This document shows, in pieces, positions 10,977 through 21,039 of a stretch of 64,000 nucleotides of DNA (positions are counted from its first letter, which is position 1; every line of letters starts with the position of its first letter). Origin of the DNA: Promethearchaeota archaeon (lineage in GTDB: Archaea > Asgardarchaeota > Lokiarchaeia > Sigyniarchaeales > SOKP01). The notes below the pieces were generated by a model. The model did not search any database. It saw only the letters and a list, made by a program, of their open reading frames with translations, and was not told the DNA's origin. The DNA is taken from NCBI GenBank assembly GCA_016839555.1, contig JAEOUA010000003.1, forward strand, positions 288,001 through 352,000, given 5' to 3'. The position numbers and the translations under genes are program-made.

Positions 10977-11330
10977 ATGGAACCTATAGGAATAGTATTT
11001 TTATTTAATATGAAAGAAGGGACACCTCAAGATGTGTCAAAAAAGTTTAGTGATTATTTTTCAAGTGTAACCGAAAATCTTGTACGGCAAGGGCTTCTTG
11101 AATTAGTAAAGTTAAAAGAGATTATGGATGAAAATAAAATCTTTTGGGGAGGAATCAAGAAAGATTTTGAGAAGGTTCTTCAAAATAATGAAATGATTGG
11201 AGATTTGGCATGGCAAGTATTTAAAAATCACACAAACATCGAACCATCGGAGGATGTAAAATGCTTGATATATGATGGTGAAAAAGCACCATGGAATTTT
11301 ACATTAATGGTATGTGTTTTATATAAATAG
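10977..11330 (+). CDS. Hypothetical protein
   Basis: AAGGAG SD before ATG 10977; protein-like composition. Confidence 0.7.
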   Translation: MEPIGIVFLFNMKEGTPQDVSKKFSDYFSSVTENLVRQGLLELVKLKEIMDENKIFWGGIKKDFEKVLQNNEMIGDLAWQVFKNHTNIEPSEDVKCLIYDGEKAPWNFTLMVCVLYK

Positions 11331-11404
11331 GTATATTTTTAGAGAAAAAAAATTTTTTAATTAATAATTCTTTAAAATTTTTTTCTAAGTAATTAAGTAG
11401 GAAA

Positions 11405-13135
11405 TTAAATATCATAACTACCAGAATCTCGCATTATTTCAAACATTTCCTTCTCATCTTCTTCTGCTTCTTCGGGAATAGCATATATTGTTCCAAATAA
11501 AGACGCATGATATTGTATTCTAGCAGCAAACTCAACTTGTTGTAATACAGTATAAGCATGCTTCATATTGGTACCGCAACAGACATTTCCATGATTGGGA
11601 AGAAACACAGCATAATTATTTCCTAGAGCTTGTACAGCTTTGAGTGCGATATCTTCGGTTCCCGCCATTCCATATTCTGCAACTTCACATCCCCCAATAA
11701 AAGGAATAATTTCATCTACTATAGGTCCTAATCGCATTCTTGCAATAGAAAGGATAGTAGAATATTCTGCATGAGAATGAATGACAGCATTTATATCTTC
11801 TCGAGAGAGCATTATATACACATGTAGGTGTTTTTCAGAAGTAGGATTCCGTTTTCCCGCTAGAATCTTTAGAGTTTTATCTACTAATACTAAATCATCT
11901 TCCTTCATATTTTCATAGCGAACAGTGCTTGGTGTCATAAGGAAGCCATCCTCTCCATTAGGCAACTTCACTCTCATAGAGACATTTCCTGCGGTCCCAA
12001 TAATAAATCCTTTATCCAACATAACGTTGCAAATATCAATTATTTCTTTACACTGTTTTTTATAGCTTGATAATTCTATTGGAATTTCTTTTCCTTTTTC
12101 CGGAATAGGAATTTTTTCGGGAGAATAACCCGGAAGAACTTCTGGATTAACTATATTCGAGGGAATTTCATTATTAAGTATTTTTTTAATACCATCAACC
12201 ATCATTATTCCATTATTATGATCCGTTTCAAAAGTATCTCCTCCTATATGAGGGGTTACAATTACATTATCTAATTCTAAAAATTCATTATCTTTATCAA
12301 TAGGCTCGATATTGAATACATCTAAAGCGGCACCTGCTATTTTCTTTTCTTTTAAAGCATCAAATAGTGCAAATTCATCTGTTATTGATGCACGAGCGAA
12401 ATTTATAAAAAAACTAGTTTTTTTCATTAAATTTATTTGTTTTTCCCCAACCAACCCATCAGTTTCGTCCGTAGGGGGACAATGAATTGTAACAATATCA
12501 GAATTTGCCATTAAAGTATCGAGATCCACTAATTTTCCATTTATATAGTTTAATCTCTCCTTAATTACATAAGGATCATACACCAGGAAATTTACTTCAA
12601 AAGCTTTCAATCTTTTTGCAATTTCAAATCCAATTCTTCCTAAACCGATAATCCCAATAGTCTTACCTTTTAATTCGTGCCCTTGAAACATATTAAAATA
12701 ATCGAGATAATCTGAAAAATCTTCCACTTTAAAGTTATTTGAATGGAGGACGTGTTCAACCCTATGGAGTTTACGTATTAAAGCAAGTATTGCCGTTATT
12801 GTCATTTCAGCAACAGCATTAGTATTTCTACCAACTGCATTAAGAACGGGTATACCTAATTTCGTTGCGGTCTCAATATCAATATTATTTGGATCACCAC
12901 GAGTTGAGCCAATAATTTTTAGGTTTACATTCTCTAAGACATCCTTTTTTACATTATCTCCTTCGCAGATAAAAATATCAACATTTAAATCTTTAATTTT
13001 CCTTACTAAATCTTCTGCATTAAAGTATAATTTCTTAGTTTCTCGCCAACTCTCATAAATAACTTTATCTCCCGTTAGTTCCTTGAGTTTTTTTAATGAT
13101 TCTGGAGAGATTTGAGCGGTTATGTAAGTTTTCAT
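11405..13135 (-). CDS. Fusion of D-isomer-specific 2-hydroxyacid dehydrogenase (N-terminal) and class II aldolase (C-terminal)
   Basis: GIIGLGRIG, INFARA, DVFNIEP and TPHIGG, followed by AGNVS, PTSEKHLH, HSH and NHG. Confidence 0.9.
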   Translation of the reverse strand: MKTYITAQISPESLKKLKELTGDKVIYESWRETKKLYFNAEDLVRKIKDLNVDIFICEGDNVKKDVLENVNLKIIGSTRGDPNNIDIETATKLGIPVLNAVGRNTNAVAEMTITAILALIRKLHRVEHVLHSNNFKVEDFSDYLDYFNMFQGHELKGKTIGIIGLGRIGFEIAKRLKAFEVNFLVYDPYVIKERLNYINGKLVDLDTLMANSDIVTIHCPPTDETDGLVGEKQINLMKKTSFFINFARASITDEFALFDALKEKKIAGAALDVFNIEPIDKDNEFLELDNVIVTPHIGGDTFETDHNNGIMMVDGIKKILNNEIPSNIVNPEVLPGYSPEKIPIPEKGKEIPIELSSYKKQCKEIIDICNVMLDKGFIIGTAGNVSMRVKLPNGEDGFLMTPSTVRYENMKEDDLVLVDKTLKILAGKRNPTSEKHLHVYIMLSREDINAVIHSHAEYSTILSIARMRLGPIVDEIIPFIGGCEVAEYGMAGTEDIALKAVQALGNNYAVFLPNHGNVCCGTNMKHAYTVLQQVEFAARIQYHASLFGTIYAIPEEAEEDEKEMFEIMRDSGSYDI

Positions 13136-13168
13136 AAATCTCACTTATTCTTATTTAAAATTTAGTTA

Positions 13169-14041
13169 TTAAAACATCAATTTTCGTAATTTTAATAAAT
13201 TCCTCATTTTTCCAGAAACTTCCAACTCTCCACTTGAATAAGCTTTTATCGGATTGATCTGCTTTGTCATCATCTTAATAAAGATGTTTGAACTCAGTTT
13301 TACTTGAACTGCAGCTTCTTCATCATATCCTTCCATTAAAGTTATTCCATGATCATTATCGATTTTGTACAAATATGATTGATTAATATCTGGAAAGCTC
13401 ATCATTAAGGTTTCGTTCCATTTTTGAAATGATTTCGCAACTTTAGGATCATTATATCTATCCACAATCTTTTGAAGAGCTTCTTCAAGTGTTATTTCAA
13501 TCCCCTCCTCTGTAGCGATATCACTTTTTTCAGGACTTGGTTTAGACGTTACAGCCGCAGGCTCTCTGCTGATTGCTTTTTCAGCTTGTTGAATTGGGGG
13601 GGATACTTTTGCTGCAGCTCGAACTGATTTCGATACAGGAGCTTCCTCTCTTTCAATCATGGGAGGACGAATAACAGTTAATCCGCCGCCAATCCCTGAA
13701 GATCTTTTGATACCACTTTCAGAAATTTTCTCTTCCGTTTGTATAACCACTTCTCCAGAGAGTATAGCTTCAATTACCTTTTTAGTTTTTTTTAATAAAC
13801 TAATTGATTGAATCGCGGCCAAAAAAATTAAGATTAATCCAAGAATTATAATTATTATTGCTAATCCGTTAAATAATCGGAGATTTATCCTTAGCTCGTA
13901 AGATATTTCTAAAAGATTGACACTAAATAACAATCCAATAAAAATCAATGCTATTCCAGTAAAAAATAAGGATATTAATGCAACTATCATGTGAACATTT
14001 AATGATTGTAGAATATTTTTTCTATTAGTAGACGAATTCAT
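13169..14041 (-). CDS. Membrane-anchored protein (2 TM + low-complexity linker) with C-terminal SCP2 sterol/lipid-binding domain
   Basis: Two hydrophobic helices, a P/S/A/E-rich linker, then F..MM...INPIKAYSSGELEVSG (SCP2 signature). Confidence 0.8.
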   Translation of the reverse strand: MNSSTNRKNILQSLNVHMIVALISLFFTGIALIFIGLLFSVNLLEISYELRINLRLFNGLAIIIIILGLILIFLAAIQSISLLKKTKKVIEAILSGEVVIQTEEKISESGIKRSSGIGGGLTVIRPPMIEREEAPVSKSVRAAAKVSPPIQQAEKAISREPAAVTSKPSPEKSDIATEEGIEITLEEALQKIVDRYNDPKVAKSFQKWNETLMMSFPDINQSYLYKIDNDHGITLMEGYDEEAAVQVKLSSNIFIKMMTKQINPIKAYSSGELEVSGKMRNLLKLRKLMF

Positions 14042-14123
14042 AATTTATTTAATAATTTTGTATTGTTATAATTTATTATAAGAATTTATATTGATATAGT
14101 TTATTTTAATATTTTATATTGAT

Positions 14124-15692
14124 ATGACTGACTATAGATTGGTTTATGATACGGGCAGTAAATTAGTAAAATGCGTTATAGCAGATGATCTAGGGCATAT
14201 AATGGCCTTGGAATCGTGGAAACCAGAGGTGATTGAAAGCCCGGATGGTTTTCAACGAGAATGGAATTATAGAACATATTGGGATAATTTAATTGAATTA
14301 ACTAAAAATACAATTACAATAGCTAAAATTAATCCAAAAGATATTAAATATATTACTTCTTCCTCTATTCGTCCGAGTTGTGTATTTACGGATGAGAATA
14401 ATGATACTCTTTATATTGGGGCGAGTTTCGAGCTTCGAGGAATTGATTATGCAGATGAAGTAGAAGAAGATTTTTATAATCGGGCAGGAAAAACAATTTA
14501 TGAGAGTTCTGGACATTTTCCATCGCTATTATTACCACCCACTCGATATAAATATTTTCAAGAAGAAATAAAAACGGATGATAGAATAAAACAAATAACC
14601 CAATATGTTCCGCAAGATAGTTGGATTCTTATAAAGTTGGGGGGAGAGGTTCATGCAAATATTGTTAGTGCGGGAGAATCAGGTTTTCTAGATTTGGAAA
14701 CTAAATTATGGCATCCCGCTTGGAAAGATATATTTAATTTACCAGAATATTTTTTTCCATGGCCAGTTCTTCCTGGAGAAATAATTGGCACCGTTTCTGA
14801 GCAATATCAAGAAAAATTAGGCTTAAATTCTGAAGCTAAGCTCATAGCGGGCCTTCCGGATACTCAGGCAGCATTATTAGGAAGCGGATGTATAGAAAAA
14901 GGATCAATTGGGGCTGTATTAGGTACAACAACTCCAGTCCAAATGGTTACTGATAATTTAATTATTAGCTCTGAGGAAACAACTTGGTCCGGGTTAATGA
15001 CAGCAAAAAACCTATTTGATAAATATTATATTGAAGCTAGTACAGGGTTAACTGGTCAATTGTTAATATGGGCTGCAAAACTATTTTTTTCAGATAATAA
15101 TCTTAGCTTAAAGCAGAAATTCAAAGAATTAGATAATGCATATCAACGGTACGATCAATTTGAAGCACAAGCAACTCAAGAACAAATAAGAGAGACTTCG
15201 GTCTATGCATTTTTAGGGCCTTCACCATTGGCAAGTACTCAGATGGGCATAACTCCAGGGCTCTTTCATTTTCAAAGTCCTGGAGGAGTTGAAGAAATCA
15301 CAAGCAATAAAGAATCCTTTATCGCAGCTGTTTTCGATAATATTCAGTTTGCAATTATGGGAAATATAGAATTTTTAAAAAATAAAATGAATTCTATAGA
15401 TCATTCAATTTCAATTATGGGTGGAATTACCCGTAATCCCGTATTATTGCAGCGATTTTCAGATTTATTAGGAACTTCAATAAGCACATCCAGAAGTTTT
15501 GAGACAACGATAGAAGGTATGCTCGTATTATGCGATATTGCTGCTGGAAATATTCAATCCCTTGGAGATTTTAAAAAAAGAGTTCAAAATCAGCAAGAAT
15601 TAGATAAGATTCACCCAAGAAATGGAATGAAGCAAAAATTATCTGTCAGATATACTGAATGGCAAAGATTATTTAAACAGTATAGAGAATAA
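14124..15692 (+). CDS. FGGY-family carbohydrate kinase (divergent, LsrK-like)
   Basis: VYDTGS, SSIRPS, GLPDTQAALLG, LGTTTP and MGGITRN motifs. Confidence 0.85.
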   Translation: MTDYRLVYDTGSKLVKCVIADDLGHIMALESWKPEVIESPDGFQREWNYRTYWDNLIELTKNTITIAKINPKDIKYITSSSIRPSCVFTDENNDTLYIGASFELRGIDYADEVEEDFYNRAGKTIYESSGHFPSLLLPPTRYKYFQEEIKTDDRIKQITQYVPQDSWILIKLGGEVHANIVSAGESGFLDLETKLWHPAWKDIFNLPEYFFPWPVLPGEIIGTVSEQYQEKLGLNSEAKLIAGLPDTQAALLGSGCIEKGSIGAVLGTTTPVQMVTDNLIISSEETTWSGLMTAKNLFDKYYIEASTGLTGQLLIWAAKLFFSDNNLSLKQKFKELDNAYQRYDQFEAQATQEQIRETSVYAFLGPSPLASTQMGITPGLFHFQSPGGVEEITSNKESFIAAVFDNIQFAIMGNIEFLKNKMNSIDHSISIMGGITRNPVLLQRFSDLLGTSISTSRSFETTIEGMLVLCDIAAGNIQSLGDFKKRVQNQQELDKIHPRNGMKQKLSVRYTEWQRLFKQYRE

Positions 15693-15815
15693 TTTTATTC
15701 TTAATCAAACTCAAAAATTTAAAGTATCTATTTAGGTTTATTTTTTCTCTAAAAAAGATTACCTCTTTTTTTAAAAGCTTCAAAGAGAAATAAGTTATTA
15801 AAGTGAAAATATTGA

Positions 15816-16166
15816 TTAAAACATCAATTTCCTTAATTTCATTAAATTTTTAATGCTTCCCTCCACGATCTTTATCAGACCACTTGAATATGCTTTAATA
15901 CCTCCTATCGAACCATTAAACATATCCATTAGTACTTGTTCCTTTGTAAAATCAATTTTCACAGGAGCATTTTCATCCCCAGTATTATCTTTCACTTCAA
16001 TTCCTTGATCTCCATTAATGAGAAGGAGGGCTTTTCTATCTGTATCTAAAAATCTCATTTGGATGGGATCATGGAATGAACTTAATTTATCCCTTGCTTT
16101 TTCATTTTCATTATAGCGGCGCTCTATTTCTTTTAAACACTCTTCTACATTCTTAAAATCTGCCAT
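15816..16166 (-). CDS. Stand-alone SCP2 sterol/lipid-binding domain protein
   Basis: LMDMFNG.IGGIKAYSSGLIKI; C-terminus KLRKLMF shared with the 13169..14041 product. Confidence 0.75.
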   Translation of the reverse strand: MADFKNVEECLKEIERRYNENEKARDKLSSFHDPIQMRFLDTDRKALLLINGDQGIEVKDNTGDENAPVKIDFTKEQVLMDMFNGSIGGIKAYSSGLIKIVEGSIKNLMKLRKLMF

Positions 16167-16293
16167 TTTTATATTATGCCTCTATTTTTAATAAAATTGA
16201 GTTAAACCTCATATAAATAATTATTGAATAATGAAATAATAGTATATTTTTTAAATTAAACAATCTGGAATAATTATCATTAAGATTATGATA

Positions 16294-16932
16294 TTATTCA
16301 CTTCTTTCAAGGTATTTTCTAACAACCTCGCCTCTGGGTTCTGTTTCCTCGAAAAGTATAGCTGAAAATTTATAAATTTTGGTATCATCGTCTTTCCATG
16401 CATCTGTTGAAAGCCAAGCTTTTCTACAAGTTTGTTCTAGAAATGTTTTTGCATCCCAGTTCCTTCCGTGTTCCACTGGTACTTGTGGTAAAAGGAGACC
16501 TCTTCTCATCCCTCTTTCAACGATAAGTCCATCCCTTCCAATTTCTATATGATCAAAATATTCTTGAGGATAATCAACTTCAATAAGCTTTGGAGGGGTT
16601 AAGATTGAAATTTCTATTACAATATTATCCATTTCCTCAAGTGATACTGATGGAAATCGGGGGTCTTCGCATGCTGCACTCACAGATACTCGTTTTACAA
16701 CTTCACATAGTTTATATTTAGGTTCTATATAGCCAATACATCCTCTTAAAGGGTTTCCACTCACATTAGTTTTATTAAGCGTTACAAAAGCACCGCATTT
16801 ATCCCCAAAAAGTTCTTCAAATTCCTCTGGATAAGAGAGTCTTTTTCCCGTTTTTAAATAATTCTCAATATTTTCTCTGATATATATTATTAAATCCTTC
16901 GCATGCTCTAAAGTTATATCTATCTCAGACAT
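16294..16932 (-). CDS. AMMECR1 domain protein (AmmeMemoRadiSam protein A)
   Basis: GAFVTL, LRGCIG, DPRF, EISILT, GRDGL and GLLLPQV motifs. Confidence 0.93.
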   Translation of the reverse strand: MSEIDITLEHAKDLIIYIRENIENYLKTGKRLSYPEEFEELFGDKCGAFVTLNKTNVSGNPLRGCIGYIEPKYKLCEVVKRVSVSAACEDPRFPSVSLEEMDNIVIEISILTPPKLIEVDYPQEYFDHIEIGRDGLIVERGMRRGLLLPQVPVEHGRNWDAKTFLEQTCRKAWLSTDAWKDDDTKIYKFSAILFEETEPRGEVVRKYLERSE

Positions 16933-17006
16933 AGATCTAGTTAAATTTATAATTTTTATTTAATATTTATTTTTTCATTAATTTATAATTATTCTCGAGA
17001 AACTTA

Positions 17007-18401
17007 TTATAAATGCTGGGTTATTATTCTTCCAGTTGGGTTAACATTTTCTAAATTTATCTCAATTCCTCTAAGTAATACTTTCCAGATTTGAATGTTT
17101 GTTTTAAATCCTTCATATGGGGAGATTTTAGATTTTGTATGGAAAGTTTCAGGATTAATTTTATATTCAGAAGATTTATCTACAATTAACATGTCCGCAT
17201 AATAACCCTCCTTGATAAATCCCTTTTTTTCTAGCTTAAATAATTTAGCAGGATTTTCTGATGCTACTTTTACAAAATTAGCCAAAGAGAGTTCATATTT
17301 GGCAATTTTATTTAATAATAATAAGGGATAGGTTTCTAATCCTGGAAAACCAGAAGGAGCTTCAAAAAAATCTACAGATTTTTCTTGGATTGTATGTGGT
17401 GCATGATCTGATCCTATTACTAATAGGTTTCCATCACATAGTTCTTTAAATAAAAATTGCGAATGCTTTTTATTCCTCAAGGGGGGCATTACTTTTCCAA
17501 TTGATGGGTTTGATAAAATTAATTCATTAGATAATAGGAGGTGATGAGGAGTCACTTCATAGCTTATTTTATAGTTAGAATTGGCGGCTAAGACCTTTTT
17601 TATAAGAGAATAACTTTCTTTACAACTAATATGGCAAAAATGAATAAGAGGATAATCCTTAGGTGCTAATTTATTAGAAATTATAAATTCTTTATAATTC
17701 TTTAGTGCGTATTTTACAAACTGAGTTTCGGATTTACACGGATATAGTTTATTATGTAATTTCAACAAATTTGAATGCCGAAAAACATAATCTTCAAATA
17801 GATTTCTGGTTTCTTTTTCATCAATTGGCCACTGGGGATGGATGAAAATTCTTATTTGATGTATTGAAGAGACGTTAAGTAATATTTGAAAATTTATTTT
17901 TTGAGTCCAATCGAGATTAGTAATAGGACTATGGGGATAAATTTTGAATCCCATAACTCCTAAATCTAAAATCTTCTTAATTTCATCTTGATTTATTTGT
18001 TCTGGGACGCCAGAGATAAATCCCACATCTATAAAAATATTTTCTTTTGCCTTATTCATCCATTTCTTTATGTTTGTTGAATTATTTGCTGGAGGAATTG
18101 TGTTTGGCATATTAAAAACAGTAGTGATTCCTGAAAATGCTGCTGCTTTTGTTGCAGTTCGAAAGGTTTCTTTTTGATTTTGTCCCATATCTCTCAAATG
18201 AGTATGGCAATCAATGATTCCCGGTAAAATAATCTTATTTTTACAATCAATAACATTATTATCTTCATTTAAATCTAATAGTTCTTTATAATCTTGATTT
18301 AAAGGATTTAATCTAATATTTTTAATTATGCTTTGCTTAATTAACATAATTCCTTTCACTAATTCACCTTTTTGATAAATCTTTGCATTCTTTAAAATCA
18401 T
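17007..18401 (-). CDS. pyrC: Dihydroorotase (type I amidohydrolase)
   Basis: PGIIDCHTHLRD, MPNT, HIS, EVTPHHL, PPLR, SDHAPH and GFPGLE motifs. Confidence 0.85.
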   Translation of the reverse strand: MILKNAKIYQKGELVKGIMLIKQSIIKNIRLNPLNQDYKELLDLNEDNNVIDCKNKIILPGIIDCHTHLRDMGQNQKETFRTATKAAAFSGITTVFNMPNTIPPANNSTNIKKWMNKAKENIFIDVGFISGVPEQINQDEIKKILDLGVMGFKIYPHSPITNLDWTQKINFQILLNVSSIHQIRIFIHPQWPIDEKETRNLFEDYVFRHSNLLKLHNKLYPCKSETQFVKYALKNYKEFIISNKLAPKDYPLIHFCHISCKESYSLIKKVLAANSNYKISYEVTPHHLLLSNELILSNPSIGKVMPPLRNKKHSQFLFKELCDGNLLVIGSDHAPHTIQEKSVDFFEAPSGFPGLETYPLLLLNKIAKYELSLANFVKVASENPAKLFKLEKKGFIKEGYYADMLIVDKSSEYKINPETFHTKSKISPYEGFKTNIQIWKVLLRGIEINLENVNPTGRIITQHL

Positions 18402-18431
18402 ATCATTAATCTACCATATTATCTAATAAAT

Positions 18432-19070
18432 TTATATTTCTAAATTATCTAAACAATTATTAATATAAATAATCTTATCTTGCACTTTTTTAATTTTAAT
18501 TAAATATATTATTTTCAAATTTAATGCTTTTTTTTTGGCAAGAAATTGAAATAAGGTGGAATATTCTTTTGAAAAATTAAATAAAGGAAATATGAATTGG
18601 GTTTTTTTATCAAAATTCTTAATATCCTTTTTAAGAGATAAATTAATGTTATGAACTGAGTTATCATTTTGGAAGGCTATAAAAAAGGTATTATTATAAT
18701 CTAATGAAATGAATTCTTTGAAAATTAAAAATTCATCCATATACTGTTTTATATATATTCCTGGAGTAGAATTTGTCCAATTATTAAGGGAAAGATTCTC
18801 TTGTAGCTTAAACAGCGCTTTATTTAATAAGATAGCTTGTGAACGCTCATCAGGGCCTAAATATCTTAACTCTTGTCCAATAAATTTTATGGCAATTTTA
18901 TCATCAATAAAATAAATGTATAAATCATTATTTTTTCTAATAGAATAAGAAAGGCAAAAAGTTTCCCTAATACAGCAACACAGTTTATAGATTTGAGGAG
19001 GAACTAATCCATTGTCAATATCTTTTTTAGTATAATTTGTAATCGCCTTACTCAACAATAAAAATTTCAT
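18432..19070 (-). CDS. TrmY-like (tRNA pseudouridine-54 N1-methyltransferase, SPOUT) protein with a divergent C-terminus
   Basis: F.LSYSIR.N, ELRYLGPDERS and STPGIY motifs; adjacent to SRP54. Confidence 0.65.
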   Translation of the reverse strand: MKFLLLSKAITNYTKKDIDNGLVPPQIYKLCCCIRETFCLSYSIRKNNDLYIYFIDDKIAIKFIGQELRYLGPDERSQAILLNKALFKLQENLSLNNWTNSTPGIYIKQYMDEFLIFKEFISLDYNNTFFIAFQNDNSVHNINLSLKKDIKNFDKKTQFIFPLFNFSKEYSTLFQFLAKKKALNLKIIYLIKIKKVQDKIIYINNCLDNLEI

Positions 19071-19174
19071 AAAAATTTTCTGTTTAAATTAAAATTAAAA
19101 TTTAAAAATAATTTAATGCTTTTAAGAAGAGATTTATCAAATGCAAAAATTTTTGTTGAAAAAAGAGAGATGAT

Positions 19175-20551
19175 TTACAATTTAAAATCTTTCCCTAATC
19201 TATTCATAAATTGGGCCATTTGCTTATTCATTCCGGGCATTGCGCCTATTCCTTTTCCTTTCTTTCTTAATTGCATAAATTGTTTCATCATTTTTTTCAT
19301 TTGATTATATTGATCAAGCATACGATTTATTATGGAATAATCTGTACCCGAACCAATACTAATACGATGTTTTCTTGATTTTTTAATTATTTTTGGATTT
19401 TCTTTTTCTAATGCTGTCATACTATCCAGTACAACCCGCCACCGCTCAATATTTTTCTCAGCATCTTCTTTTAACGCTTCGGGAATATTTCCACCTCCCA
19501 TCATTGATAAAATATTCCTAAATTTCCCTACTTTCCTAAATGCCTTCAATTGCTCATATAAATCTTCCAAGGTAAACTTACCATATAACATTCGTTTTAC
19601 CATCTCAGGGTCTGGAGTTGCCTCAGCTTGTTGGACTTTTTCGATTAAACCTTCTATATTTGGAACTCCTAAAAGTGTACCTACAAAATCAGTAGGATTA
19701 AATAATTCTAAATCTTCGATTTTTTCTCCGGTGCCAATAAATCTTATCGATGCATTGGTAGCTGCACAAGCTGAAAGTGCCCCACCTCCTTTTGCAGTAC
19801 CATCGAGTTTTGTTACAATTATACTTCCCAAATTTGTTGCTTTCGAAAATTCCTCTGCTTGCGCATAAGCTTGTTGACCTAAAGTACCATCTACAACCAA
19901 CATAACTTCATTTGGCTTTAAAACCTTTTCAATTTTTTGCATTTCTTCCATTAATTCTTTTTCTTCCTTATGTCTTCCCGCTGTGTCAACAAGTAACAGA
20001 TCATATCCTTTATTTAATGCTTTTTTAGTTTGGTTTACAGCAATCTTTAATGCACTCTGTTCCTTTGGATTTCCAAAACATTTTATTCCAATCTGATCTG
20101 TCAATTGTTGAAGCTGTTCATACGCCCCAGGTCTCCAAGTATCGGTGGTAATAACTGCAACCTTTAAACCTTTACTCTGATAATATTTGGCTAATTTCGC
20201 AACAGTAGTGGTTTTTCCAGAGCCTTGAATTCCAACCAATAATATTACATTTTTTTTCCCGGGTTTTATTCTAATAGGCGCTGGTTTTCCTCCAAGAGTA
20301 TCTATAAGTTCATCATGAACCAGTTTTATAATAAAATCTTTTCTTTTTGCTCGCTGCAGTTCAGTATTCATCCCTTCTTTTTTAATATTCTCAGTCATTT
20401 CGAATACTAATTCTACTTTAACATCTGAACTTAATAGAGCTCTTTGTAAGTCTTGTATAAGGGCATTTATTGCATCTTTGTCGATTTTGGGTAATCTACG
20501 CATTCTTCTTATTGCTTGTTCTAATTTTCTTCCTAAGCTTTCTAATACCAT
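19175..20551 (-). CDS. srp54: Signal recognition particle protein SRP54
   Basis: [21 protein letters not shown] and TKLDG.AKGG motifs; Met-rich M domain. Confidence 0.97.
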   Translation of the reverse strand: MVLESLGRKLEQAIRRMRRLPKIDKDAINALIQDLQRALLSSDVKVELVFEMTENIKKEGMNTELQRAKRKDFIIKLVHDELIDTLGGKPAPIRIKPGKKNVILLVGIQGSGKTTTVAKLAKYYQSKGLKVAVITTDTWRPGAYEQLQQLTDQIGIKCFGNPKEQSALKIAVNQTKKALNKGYDLLLVDTAGRHKEEKELMEEMQKIEKVLKPNEVMLVVDGTLGQQAYAQAEEFSKATNLGSIIVTKLDGTAKGGGALSACAATNASIRFIGTGEKIEDLELFNPTDFVGTLLGVPNIEGLIEKVQQAEATPDPEMVKRMLYGKFTLEDLYEQLKAFRKVGKFRNILSMMGGGNIPEALKEDAEKNIERWRVVLDSMTALEKENPKIIKKSRKHRISIGSGTDYSIINRMLDQYNQMKKMMKQFMQLRKKGKGIGAMPGMNKQMAQFMNRLGKDFKL

Positions 20552-21039
20552 AATGTAGAGATTCTTCTAAATTATTTTGATTTCAAATAATATAATTCTC
20601 TTTAATAAAATAAATTAATTCATATAAATAATTTCATTCCAAACTTCATACGAACAATTTTTATTAAAATCTTCTTGTGATGACTCTTCCCTAAATAGTG
20701 TAGCAAGGCACCCTTCTTTCAGTTTGTTTATTTTTAATTTAATCTGTGCGTCTCGCTTTCTTTCTTCACCTAAATCATTCCAATAATTTTATTGCTCGAA
20801 TTCATTATTCTTCAGGGACGGAAGATTCGAGCATTGTTTTCGTTTCTATTTCTGTTTCCTTATATCTATTGTAAACCCTTTTCTTAGATAAAAAAGTTGT
20901 AAAATAATTTTTTTTGAATTAAAATGATTGATGATAGAAAAAAAAATCAATAGAATTAGGTTTTAATATTAATGTTAAAAAGAATAAAAAAAAAGGTATA
21001 TATTTATAAATAATATTTCTCTCTCTCTTTAAGCTACTC

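Noticed and set aside
20793-20833. SECIS element or SRP RNA
   Set aside because: Lacks a convincing AUGA/GA core with proper helix spacing; no in-frame-TGA selenoprotein seen nearby; too short and AT-flanked for 7S RNA
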